Of a stretch of 64,000 nt of DNA, positions 40,740 through 52,620 are shown one piece after another. The position numbers were made by a program, and so were the translations under genes. Location: the NCBI RefSeq assembly GCF_009914755.1, contig NC_060934.1; one strand, given 5' to 3'. The first letter of the stretch is position 1; each line of letters begins with the position of its first letter. Below the pieces are notes generated by a model. It was given only the letters and a program-made list of their open reading frames with translations. It searched no databases and was not told the origin of the DNA. The stretch is from the human T2T-CHM13v2.0 reference genome, Homo sapiens.

Positions 40740-41270
40740 TAAAGGGATTCCTCCCTTGGCTGCTGTGATAGCACACATTCCTTGACACCCTCCTGAACAT
40801 CTGGCACCTCTTTCCCAGTCTTTATCTCATGTTCTTCTTCCCCCTGGCCACCTCTTGTATGCTATGTTCTCTCAGAAAAAAGGAAGACAGCTAAAGGCAT
40901 AAACTTAGACTCTCGTCCTCACCCATGATTTCAAGGACAGTATTTATAGGAGACTACTCTCAAAACCAGTCTCCATTCCATGATCCTCTCCCGAGCTCCA
41001 CATCTCAATATCCAAAATGCCTGCCTGATAGAGATACCTTGATTTCCCACTGAAATCTGAATTCAACATGTCTAAAACTGAACCAGCATTTTCCCCAAAA
41101 TTTGTTTTATCCTATAGTTTACATCTCAAGACACCTCCAGTAATACAGTCACATAAGTCAGAAAACATCTTTGACACTTTTTCCCATAGTAATGATCAAT
41201 ACGTCCTGATGACTTGATTTTTGTTTTCATTCATTCATTGGATAGCTCCAAAATCTGTCCGCTTCCTGTT
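40740..41270 (+). mobile_element. L2 LINE fragment
   Basis: ctctcccgagctccac...tccaaaatgcctgcctga...aattcaacatgtctaaaactgaac. Confidence 0.75.
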
Positions 41271-41533
41271 GGGGAGGCCAGATATCTAATATGGAAAATT
41301 GCTATTAATAAAATGCAGTTTTCATTTATATGTTCAATAAATATTTGTCAAAGTTTTATTTATTGGTACATATTGCCCTAGGTTTTCCAATAGAGAAGAA
41401 AACTAAACAGAAACTCTGTCTTTGGGAAGCTCATAGACTAAAGAAGGAGAGAAGAAGAAATTCATATATCAATGACTAAACTTCAAAGTTGACTATGATA
41501 ACTGTAATACTTGCTAAACTAAAGTCAACCTTA

Positions 41534-41851
<318 letters not shown>

Positions 41852-41954
41852 TTTAGAAGACCTTATGGGGACATGGAGTTTGAGTAGGAAATATAAGGAT
41901 TAAAAAGTATATCAGGAAGACACTTCTTCCAACATTACTGTGATTACTGGATAA

Positions 41955-42190
41955 TATTTATGATTAAATACCTTACCACGTACAAGGCTCTGTGTTGTGT
42001 TCCACAGACTAGACATATTGTCTCCTTCAATCCTCACAAATGCCCAGTATGATGGAAGCTTCAATAAAAAGATTTCCATTTTGCAGATGAAGAGACTGAA
42101 GTTTATAGAGGTTGATTCGAGGCCACAGTTGCACAATTAGTAAATGGCAGGGGTTCAAACTCAGGTTCATTTTCTAATCACTACGCCACA
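41955..42190 (-). mobile_element. MIR SINE
   Basis: ccattttgcagatgaagagactgaagtttatagaggtt. Confidence 0.8.
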
Positions 42191-42289
42191 TGGAGAATGA
42201 CATGTCTAGCAGAATATAAAATAAATTCCACAAGAACGCGCCAGAAGGCGGGGCTCGAGCTGCATTCTCCACTAAAAGTGTATGGCTTC

Positions 42290-42564
42290 TGAGCACTTTA
42301 TGGCTACTCCAAACTGAGATGTGTGCCATAAATGTAAAATACAGTCCACATTTTTAAGACTTTGGATAAACAAAAGAATACAAAATATCTCAATAATTAT
42401 TTTTATGTCGATTGTATATCGAAATAATATTTAACATATGTTGGGTTAATTAAAATTAGTGTTACCTGTTTCTTCTTACTTTTTTGTGTGACTGCTATAA
42501 AATGTTAAAATACATAGGTGGCACACAGTTGTGGCTTGTGTTATATTTTTATTAGACAGTGCTG
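42290..42564. mobile_element. MER33 hAT-Charlie element
   Basis: aactgagatgtgtgccataaatgtaaaataca...aaaatatctcaataat...tatttttattagacagtgctg. Confidence 0.8.
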
Positions 42565-43403
42565 GGTGAGAGGCATTTGAAGAGTGGTAAGATGACTATG
42601 AGTTGAACTATTTGGTAAAGTATCACAGAAAAATCATAACCTAAACTGAGTGTTCTGAAAGATGAGTAGGGGGGCAGTAGCAGATTTTTCAAGTGGAAGG
42701 AAGCTAAGGAGGAAAGACAACCTGATTTCTGTTGGGAAATAGAGTAGAGGTCAGCAAAAGCTAAACCACAGAGTTTGTCCATGGTATCTGGACATAAATT
42801 AAAACTCTCATTTAGACTGATGTGTATAAACAGGAAATAGCTTTTATCGAATCTTCATTAGTGGCCTATTGTAATTCTACGGCAAAAGGAAGTGAACTGT
42901 CAGTTTAAATAACTGTGCCATTTGGAGAATTGTTATTCTGTGAAATTATTAAATAAGGCAGGTCATCAGAAATTTGAGATTTCAATTTGCTCATTCTTGG
43001 AATTTTCAAGTTTATTATCTCTAACTTAAATGTAGCATGCTAACAAAGTAAAGATATTATATTTCAGATGAAAGACTGTAATTGTGACAATAGGTTCTAG
43101 ACCTAAATAGTGGCCCTAAATTTGTGTTAAGCTTTCCCTACGTATAAAACATTCCTCTAAGTTTGTCTTCAGTAGAGATGTTATGTTTGTGTATAAATAT
43201 GAAGTTGAGGTTGACACTCCATGGGAAAGTTTATGGGTTTTGGAGTCAAATACATCCAAGGTGCTATTCTGATTCTCCCACTTATTGGCTGTTTACTTAG
43301 GTGCTCGAAATTTGAATACCCTCATCTGTAAAATGGGGCCAAAAATATCTATCTACTCACAGAGAAGATATAAGGATTAAGTTTTTTAGAAAGGTAGAGA
43401 ATT

Positions 43404-46400
43404 TGTAACCATCCAATGGGTTCACCTTGCCTGCTGCCTAGACAGCCAATTGATCAAGACAGAGGAATTGCAATGGCAAAAGAGTAATTCACGCAGAGCC
43501 AGCTGTGCGGGAGACTGACCAGAGTTTTATTATTACTCAAATCAGTCTCCCCAAGCATTCAGGGATGAGAGTTTTTATGGATAATTTGGCGGTTATGGAC
43601 TCAGAAAGTGGGGAGTGCCGACTGGTCGGATTGAAGATGAAATCATAGGGAGTCAAATGAGTTCTTCTTGCTGACTTCTGTTATTGGGTGGGATCGCAGA
43701 ACTGGTTGAGCTAGATTATCTGTCTGGGTGGTGTCATCTGCTGCATCAGGATGCAGGGTCTGCAAAATATCTCAATCACTGATTTTAGATTTTGCAAGAG
43801 TGATGTTATTCCCAGGAGCAATTTGAGGAGATTCAGACTCTTGCAGCCAGAGGCTGCATGGCCCCTAAACCGTAATTTCTAATCTTATAGCTAATTTGTT
43901 AGTCCTACAAAGGCGGACTGGTCCCCAGGCAAGAAGGGGTTTTTTGGGAAAGGGCTATTATCAATTTTGTTTCAGAGTTTAAACTATAAACTAAATTCCT
44001 TCCCAAGGCTAGTTAGGCCTACACCCAGGAATGAACAAAGAGTTTAGAGGTTAGAAGGAAGTTGGGATCAGTTAGATCTGATCTCTTTTACTGCCATAGT
44101 TTCCTCAGCTATGATTTTTGCAAGGGTGCTGATATAGTGTGGCCGTGTCCTCATTTAAATCTCAACTTCAGTTTTAACTCCCAGAATTACCATGTTTTGT
44201 GGGAGGGACCCAGGGGGAGGTTATTGAATCATGGGGGTTGGTCTTTTCCATGCTCTTCTCGTGAAACTGAATAAATCTCACAAGATCTGATGGGTTTATC
44301 AGAGGTTTCCACTTCTGCTTCTTCCTCATTCTCTCTTTGCCTGCTGCCATTCATGTAAGATGGGACTTGCTCCTTCTTGCCTTCCACCATGATTGTGAGG
44401 CTCTCCCAGCCACGTGAAACTGTCAGTCCAATTAAACCTCTTTTGTAAATTGCCCAGTCTCAGGTATGTCTTTATCAGCAGCATGAAAATGGACAAATAC
44501 AGTAAACTGGTACCAGTCGAGTGAAGCGTTGCTGAAAAGATACATGAAAATGTAGAAGCGACTTTTGAACTTGGTAACAGGCAGGGGTTGGAACAGTTTG
44601 GAGGGCTCAGAAGAAGACAGAAAAATGTGGCCAAGTGTGGAACTTCCTAGAGACTTGTTGAATGGCTTTGCCCAAAATGCTTATACCGATATGGATAATA
44701 AAGTCTAGGCTGAGGTGGTCTCAGATGCAGATGAGGAACTTATTGGGAACTGAAGCAAAGGTGACTCGTTATGTTTTAGCAAAGAGACTAGTGGCATTTT
44801 GCTCCTGCCCTAGAGATTTATGGAACTTTGAACTTGGGAAAGATGATTTTGGGTATCTGGAGGAAGAAATTTCTAAACAGCAAAGCATTCAAGAGGTGAC
44901 TTGGGTACTGTTAAAGGCATTCAGTTTTATAAGGAAAGCAGAGCATAAAAGTTTGGAAAATTTGCAGCCTAACTATGCAATAGAAAAGAAAAACCCATTT
45001 TTTCCGGGGAGAAATTCAAGCTGGCTGCAGAAATTTGCATAAGTAGGAAGGAGCCTAATGTTAATACCCAAGACCATGGGGAAAATGTTTCCAGGCCATG
45101 TCAGAGACCTTCATGGCAGTCCCTCCCATCATAGGCCCAGACGCCCAGGAGAAAAAAGTGGTTTCATATAAGATGGGACTTGCTCCTTCTTGCCTTCCAC
45201 CATGATTGTGAGGCTCTCCCAGCCACGTGGAACTGTCAGTCCAATTAAACCTCAGCCCAGGGTTCCTATGCTGTGTGCAGCCTAGGGACTTGGTGCCCTG
45301 CGTCCCCAGCCACTCAAGCCATGGCTGAAAGCGACCAATGTAGAGCTCGGGCTATGGCTTCAGAGTGTGGAAGCCCCAAGCCTTGGCAGCTTCCACGTGG
45401 TGTTGAGCCTGGAGGTACACAGAAGTCAAGAATTAGGGTTTGGGAACCTCCACCTAGATTTCAAAAGATGTATGGAAATGCCTGGATGCCCAGGCAAAAG
45501 TTTGCTGCAGGGGCGGGGCCCTCATGGAGAACCTCTGCTAGGGCAGAGTGGAAGGAAAATGTGGGGTCAGAGCCCCCACACAGAGTCCCTACTGGGGCAC
45601 TACCTAGTGGAGCTGTGAGAAGAGGGCTACCACCTTCTAGACTGCAGAATGGTAGATCCACTGACAGCTTGCACTGTGCACCTGGAAAAGCTGCAGACAC
45701 TCAACGCCAGCCCATGAAAGCATCTAGGAGGGAGGCTGTACCCTGCAAAGCTACAGGGGCAGAGCTGCCCAAGACCATGGGAACCCACCTCTTGCAACAA
45801 TGTAACCTGGATGTGAGACCTGGGGTCAAAGGAGATCAATTTGGAGCTTTAAAATTTGACTGTCCCACTGGATTTCAGACTTGCGTGGGCCCTGTAACTC
45901 CTTTGTTTTGGCCAATTTCTCCCATTTGGAATGGCTGTGATTATGCAATACCTGTACCCCCATTGTATCTAGGAAGTAACTAGCTTGCTTTTTACAGGCT
46001 CATAGGTGGAAGAGACTTGCCTTGTCTCAGATGAGACTTTGGACTGTGGACTTTTGGGTTAATGCTGAAATGAGTTAAGACTTTTGGGGGACTGTTGGGA
46101 AGGCATGATTGGTTTTGAAATGTGAGGACATGAGATTTGGAGGGGCCAGGAGTGGAATCATATGGTTTGGCTGTGTCCCCATTCAAATCTCAACTTCAAT
46201 TGTATCTCCCAGAATTCCCACTGTTGTGGAAGGGACCCAGGGGGAGGTGACTGAATCACGGAGGCTTCATGCTAGTCTCATGATAGTGAATAAGTCTCAC
46301 GAGATCTGATGGGTTTACCAGAGATTTCTGCTTTTGCTTCTTCCTCATTCTCTCTTTGCTGCCATCCATGTAAGACAGGACTTGCTCCTCCTTGCTTTCT

Positions 46401-46530
46401 GCCATGATTGTGAGGCTCTCCCAGCCACGTGGAACTGTAAGTCCAATTAAACCTCTTTCTTTTGTAAATTGCCCAGTCTCAGGTATGTCTTTATCAGCAG
46501 CATGAAAATGGACTAACACAGGTGGTTTCA
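43404..46530 (-). mobile_element. LTR8/LTR8A ERV1 solo LTR (43404-44129 plus terminal 46521-46530)
   Basis: tgtaaccatccaatgggttcaccttgcc...tactcaaatcagtctccc...gatttttgcaaggg | THE1 | ggtggtttca. Confidence 0.9.
44130..46520 (+). mobile_element. Full-length THE1 (THE1A/THE1B-type) MaLR: 5' LTR 44130-44501, internal region, 3' LTR 46158-46520
   Basis: Two LTRs, THE1-int motifs, polypurine tract, 5-bp TSD ggtgc/ggtgg. ORFs 44662-45042 and 45273-45983 are MaLR ORF remnants. Confidence 0.96.
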
Positions 46531-47751
46531 AGTGCATTCAGCATAGTGCCTGGGATGTAGTGGAAGCCCAGTGAATGGCAGACATACCTATTCATACCCA
46601 CCCCCAAAGGTACCTGGTATAAGAACTTCAGAACTGATTTTTAATATAGTGACTGTGAATGCTGAATCAGCATGGGAAAGTATATGCAAACCTGTCCAAG
46701 TGGCTGCCTAAATTACCACAGCACTGCCCAAGACCACTCTGCCCTTGCTGTCTTTAGCAGTCTTCAGAATGCTCTGTTAATGGCAAATAAACTGAAAATA
46801 AATCATTGTGTAATAAACAACAACTTCCCTTTTCAAACAACATCCTTTCCTATAGCAAGATGTGAAAACAGTCTTTCAGAGTAGAAAGTATATCGCAAGA
46901 GACTGGGCACATGTTGATTTGGTCTCAAGCCTAACCTTACAAAGCAATTCAACACAGTCAGAAATTGGATCATTCTATCAACCATAATGATTTATTTGCT
47001 TTCAGCCCTTCGCACAAATGTAAATAATCAAGCCAATTCTGAATTAATAATGTAACCACTTCCGAAAGAGCAGACTACATGCTTTTATGGTACTGATTCC
47101 TAAGATACACAACAGGGTTTTGAACTGTGAACCTTGAGGGTAAGAATCATCTTATCCATACTTAAATTCCCCAGCAATGATTAGCTCTTGTGCCAACCAA
47201 GTATTTTGTTGAATAAATGAACCCATGAATTAATGATTTCATGAGAAAACTAACACGTTTTTACATGCTTTTATGGGGAATGAGTCCACCCTAGTAAAGA
47301 AGAGAACTGTCCAAGGAGAGAAGTGTCCATAGACCCCTGGAACAGTAATGTGTAAGCCTGGTTACAATTGGAAACCAAGAAGGAACATTTCAAATTTGCA
47401 GATATCCCCACCACTTGTTCTACCATTGTAAGATGGGGAGCAAACTATTTCTTCCAGACAGCTCAGATACTTAAACACACTTGGGACTCACTGTCTTAGG
47501 GAGAAGCAGTAGGGGAATAAAGACCTTAAGACCAGGTGAAACTCACTGAATCTCTAATCAGAATCCTGAAAATTGTTCACACTGAGAGTAGGATAGTTAA
47601 TGGGCATGTCAGGAAAGCAGATTTCAAATATTTTGAAGCAGTGATAAATAACTAGTTCCAATCCCAAGAGAATGGGTGTGAGTTTTTGGAATTCATTAGT
47701 CATCATAGACTTCTCAGGTGGATGTGTTTAAAGCAATAAGGCAATGATGAA

Positions 47752-47831
47752 TGACGTCAGTCGAGTCATTAGTGGGGCAGGCTTTTCTCTGGTGGTTTCT
47801 GGTGCCAAGTTAATAAATGGAAAGTGAAACT
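47752..47831 (+). promoter_or_regulatory. Candidate enhancer motifs: full CRE (TGACGTCA, 47752-47759) and ISRE (GAAAGTGAAACT, 47820-47831)
   Basis: Exact consensus matches in non-repeat DNA. Function not demonstrated. Confidence 0.35.
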
Positions 47832-48469
47832 CATTGAGGTAACTAGAAGCCAGACTGGCAACTGAGATGATTCTTTACTGAATTTGCTTAACCAGGAAGG
47901 AAGGAAAGGTACCAGTATGAAAGGATACTGAAGAAGTGAGGAACTGTAGCCATCACATCTCTATTGAGTAGCAGAGTAGAAATGTGAAAGGCTGAGTGTA
48001 CATGTGTGGATGTATTATTTCACAAATCAAGAGGAAGGTGGGCAGTGAGACTTCACATGAACATCTCAAGCTCAGAAGCTAGTGTGGGATAGATGCATGG
48101 TTGCACCCTCCTCATCTTAAGATCCTAGGTGAATTTCAGCAGCCTTCCCCAACCTCGGGGCGCCAGTGTTGTCATGCTTAGCAGAAGCCCAGCCAATTTG
48201 AAAGAACGCAGATATAGGAGGAAAGAGATTCAATCTCCACTAGAGAAGCACTTATGCAGCTGATGTGACTTGACTCAGGGCTATAGGTGGGTCAGGTAAT
48301 CCCATTAGCTCTCATCTCTAAAGACCTCATAGAAAATGAAAATGACAGCTTAGAAATAGCCAGAAGAGTTATCTGGTTGTTAACAATGATGTCTGTGGGG
48401 ATATACAATCCAAAAAGAAACAGAAAGCGGCAGGCAGGATAGACAGGGTGGCAAGGGTGCTCAGTGGTA

Positions 48470-48655
48470 GTTGGCTAACATGGATTTAGTTGGACTTCAT
48501 GGATTTTAATTCCTGTCCTGCCTTTTGCTGGCTGTATAAGCTTGGAAAAGTTAACTTTTTGAGCCTGTCTTTCATCTGAAAAAGGGAACAAAGAGTGTCT
48601 AACCCATAGGGCTGTCATGGAGGTTAAATGAAGTAATTATTGTAAATTTCATAGC
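48470..48655 (+). mobile_element. MIR SINE
   Basis: gctggctgtataagcttggaaaagttaactttttgagcctgtctttcatctgaaaaaggg. Confidence 0.75.
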
Positions 48656-49889
48656 TGAGTGACTCCCACCTCTTGGCTCAGATATATAATCACGGTCTGT
48701 TCAGCATCTGCTGGAGGCATACGTAAATGGCAAGATCTGTTTTGGATAGGTAAATAAACACACTTTGTCTAAAGGCTGAGTTACCACTTAAGACAGGGTG
48801 ACAAAGAGTTTCATTCTCGCTCATTCTTTAAAGGCTGAAATGAAGAAGAACGCTGAAGAAGCTGACTTCATTGAGATCAGCTTTTTTGGCCTGAGTTTGG
48901 TCCCTCATGCTCCAGGATACATGCCATGTAGCCTTGAGAAGTCAGTCATCTGTGGCACCATAAATCCATATCTAATTTGCGTCAAATGTGTCAACGAGTT
49001 AACAAAAAGACAGCGAGGCTGGTACTTTTGGCACTCATATAGTCTCTCTGGCAGCTAATTTACAAGCTAAATTGAATCATCAGCACCCAATTAAATTTCT
49101 TCTGCATCATGGCACAAAATGCTCATTTTTATTTTCTTGATGAAGAAGGGGAAATGGGGAAGGTTGGGAGAGCCATCACATTCTCATCCATGTATTTCCT
49201 TGAATTAAGAGTATGTTTCACTCTTGAATTAATCTAGTTTCCCCAAGTCTAGTGAAGGAAATGTTACATTTCCTGGTTGCCTACATATTTACCCCTTTTG
49301 CTATAATCTTGGTTACTCATTAAACCCCCACTGACTCTATCAAGGTTAAAAAATTTATCTGCACAGATCCCAATATCCGCTGCAGTCCCCAAGCACCCAT
49401 GAGCCAGCAGATTTTGCACAGACTGTCATCCAGAGAAGGGGTTTATCATTTCTGGATGGCACCTGCCAATGAAATATTAAAGGAAGTCTCTGTAGTCTCA
49501 ACAACCACCACCAGAAATCATCTGTTCTTTCTAGCTGGGACAAAACAGAAAATTATTCCTCCTGGAAAGAAGGTTTCCAAGTAAGAAGCAATCCCACCCA
49601 GCTGCAACTTCCAAAGTCCTACTGTTGGCACCACTGGTCGCCTGTCTCAAACCTGCTTTGCACTCTCATGCTCTAGCTAGGCAATAAAGACAAGTTGAGA
49701 GCACCCTTGCCAATACCAGATCCAATTTCATTTCTGTCTGGATTCTAATTTGTAGCCACATTTCCTGTGTACAACCTCACTTTTGCCCTTTACATTTGAT
49801 GTTCGAGATGACAACATTCCAGACATAAGTCTTTCCCTCAAAAACCATGACTCAAGGTTTTGCCTCCAGCTTTTCCAGTTTGGTCTACC

Positions 49890-50325
49890 TTAGGGATGTT
49901 TTCAGTGTGGTTTCTTCCAAATCAGACTCCGAGTCATGAATTTGGGTACAAGATCATCTCAGAAGGCACTGTAAGTGGAGGAAGAAAATCCAATAAGAAA
50001 GCATATGTTAATAAATAAGTTAGCGTTGTCAGCAGCTTGTAGTCAGTCCCATAGGCATCATCCAAGAGATGCTGTGGAGGCAACTTAGCGTTGTTTCACG
50101 AATGAGTGAAAAATTCGGGGAGTTGACCTACAAGCCCCCATCTCTCCTCAGTAGTTGCTTCTGCAGCATGAACCCCCCTGGGACATCCAGTCTGACCTAT
50201 AGGCAGGATATACACCACGACCAGAGAAAACCTTCAGGCAGGGGAGCTCAGGAGGCCAGAGGATATCTGTATCGACCTTCCAGTGTGCTGAAGGGATAGA
50301 GCTCGGCACCAACAGTCTTCAGTAA
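49890..50325 (-). mobile_element. LTR16-type ERVL LTR
   Basis: cagactccgagtcatgaatttgggtacaag...ccagagaaaaccttcaggcagg...ggcaccaacagt. Confidence 0.6.
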
Positions 50326-50529
50326 GGACATTATCATCCCAGCTCAAAATGAACACAATCTGATTGGTCACCAGTTAATGGAGTCAACCAATCAGAGCTG
50401 GTGTCATGGTGGTTGGCATCCCCTTCCAAGAACACCTCAGACAAGAGTAACAGATGAATGTACTGAACTAAATTAACAGGTCACAAAACCACAGCTGCAG
50501 GTTAGAGTTTGTCTATTGTGGGGATGGAA

Positions 50530-50725
50530 AGTAATAGTTAGGGAACGCCCATCAAATGCTAAGCAATGCACAGAACTTTCCATAGGTTATTGTGTTTAAT
50601 TTTCACAATGACATTGTAAAGTAGATCTTTGCATTCTCATTTTACAGAGGAAACTGTCAAAGTTTGGACAAGCTAACTATTTTACCAAAAGTTATCAGTA
50701 AGTCATGAAACTGGGGCTGTGACAA
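50530..50725 (-). mobile_element. MIR SINE
   Basis: tttaattttcacaatgac...ctcattttacagaggaaactg. Confidence 0.7.
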
Positions 50726-52136
50726 ACACCCACAAAGCCCCCCCCTATTTGCAAGGCCACAGCCTTCTTGCTCCCCCTAAAGCAGGATTGGCCTACTGGG
50801 GAGATGGAACCAATAGTCTGCACTGTCTGCAGGGATCTGGGGGACTTTGGGTAAAACACCCCCACCCCCACCACTACCACCACACATGTGAAATATCTTC
50901 ATTCCTGGACCGTAACCGATGTCTGAAATTCCACAGTCATCAATTCATTCTTCTGGGGCAAGCATAAAAAGACCACATAACCCTCTTGGGAGGTACAGCA
51001 AATAAATCCATTAGACTCTGAGCTAATCTAGGGCAAGGACCTTATGATTCATCATTTTGTCTTCAGTACCTAGCACAGAGCTTGGTACGTTAAAAGGTTC
51101 TTAGTATTTGCCTGTTGAATAAATGAATAAACCTTAGTGTAAATGAATTTAGGAAATATATAAAAGTAAAAAGTCTAAATATAAAGACAGAAAAGAATAA
51201 ACGATGCAGGCAAAGAGAACCTGCAATTTTCCCTATTTCCCATTAATCCTATTAGTCTAGGAATCTGTATATAAACATTCTTTTTGTAATCAGCACAGCC
51301 AATATTTACAGGCTCCCTGCTACTTTCCCAAAGTCTTCCTGCATCTGTTTACCTGTTACGGCCTTAATAGGGTCCTAGATTCCCCTCTAAAGTCAATACT
51401 CAGAGGAAATCAACTTTATCTGCTTTCTATTCTACTGTATACTTATTTCCTGCTTAGCATTGGCCCTAACAGGATGAGATGAGCTATATGAGTGAGATTT
51501 TCAAAATTGGGTGGCTGATCTTCACATCTAAAGAAAGCTTGAGATGATCAGAAAATGTTCAGAATTGCTGTTTGCTAGAGAGGTCATAGGAATACACGAC
51601 ACTCAAGAAAGACAGACATTAAACCCTACCCTTTTCCACAAGATGAGTGTGTTCAAGAAAAAAAAAGAAACCCTACCTTTTAACTCTACCTTGGAGGAAA
51701 AGGGTTTCTGTGGTCTCTCTTAAATCTGGGTCAAAATATTCTCCTTCATTATAAACTTGAAGGCTATATTGCTTTTCTCTCCATAGAGTTTTGGGGGATT
51801 TTATAGGGATAACATGGGGACAATAAAACGTTCCAAGTTTCTACCTACCAGATGTATCTCTGTCTCTTTTAGATTACCCAAAAACGTCAGCAGGCCACAA
51901 CTGCTAGTGGGTAAATTCTAAACTATGACACAGGTATCAGGTTATTTTATTCTAGTCAGAACAGTTCTATGATTCCTTCTAATTCTCAGACGTAGTATTA
52001 TTTTACCAGCAGTAAAATAATTTTACAAATTAAACTGAACCAGCAAATGACAAAGAAGGGACTTAAGCCTTGAATTGTGACTCTGAATTTAGTGCTTTTC
52101 TACTACATCAAACTGAGGGCTGTATAGCAATGGGAG

Positions 52137-52620
52137 TGTTAAAGGATAATCATTTTTTAAATACAGCAAAATCATGACTCATGTACAAATATAAATGAAC
52201 ACATGTCAAAGATTTTATTTTTAGTCCAGTTAATAATGAGAGAAGCATTAAGATGTTATGCATAGTTCAAAAGAGAAGCCAAAGAACAGACATATATTAC
52301 ATATGTAGGCATTCAGAAACGTTAAATTTTCTAATACATGCAACACTGACCTCTCCACAAGAAGGAAATCAAATGCATCTTCACGGGACAAAACCATTTG
52401 CATTTCTATGATCAGGAATCATTTGCATCACTATCTGGTGTCTACAGGTTTACCTCTCTCTCTCTACAGAATTGCAAAACAGTGAAAGACAATAAAAGGC
52501 ACAGGCCCCCGTATAATCAGATAACCCTGGAAGGATCCTCAAGACAACACACAGGTCCTATTAATATCAAAAGGACACCAAGTAACATTTTGCCCATTTC
52601 AATGTCTTTAAGAAATTTTC
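52137..52620 (-). mobile_element. LTR37-like ERV1 LTR
   Basis: tgttaaaggataatc...aaatacagcaaaatcatgactcat...aaatgaacacatgtcaaagattttatt. Confidence 0.65.

Larger units (their letters stand above)
43225..46585 (+). mobile_element. MIR split by LTR8/THE1 (43225-43403 and 46531-46585)
   Basis: ctcatctgtaaaatgggg on the left; agtgcattcagcatagtgcctggg...gtggaagcccagtgaatggcag on the right. Confidence 0.75.

Noticed and set aside
42236-42262. Small CpG/GC-box cluster (acgcgccagaaggcggggctcgag)
   Set aside because: About 25 bp, between repeats; far too short for a CpG island or promoter call.
45273-45983. Longest ORF (236 aa)
   Set aside because: It lies wholly in THE1-int, starts at a GTG, and is a fragment of the known degenerate MaLR internal ORF. 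Not a host gene.
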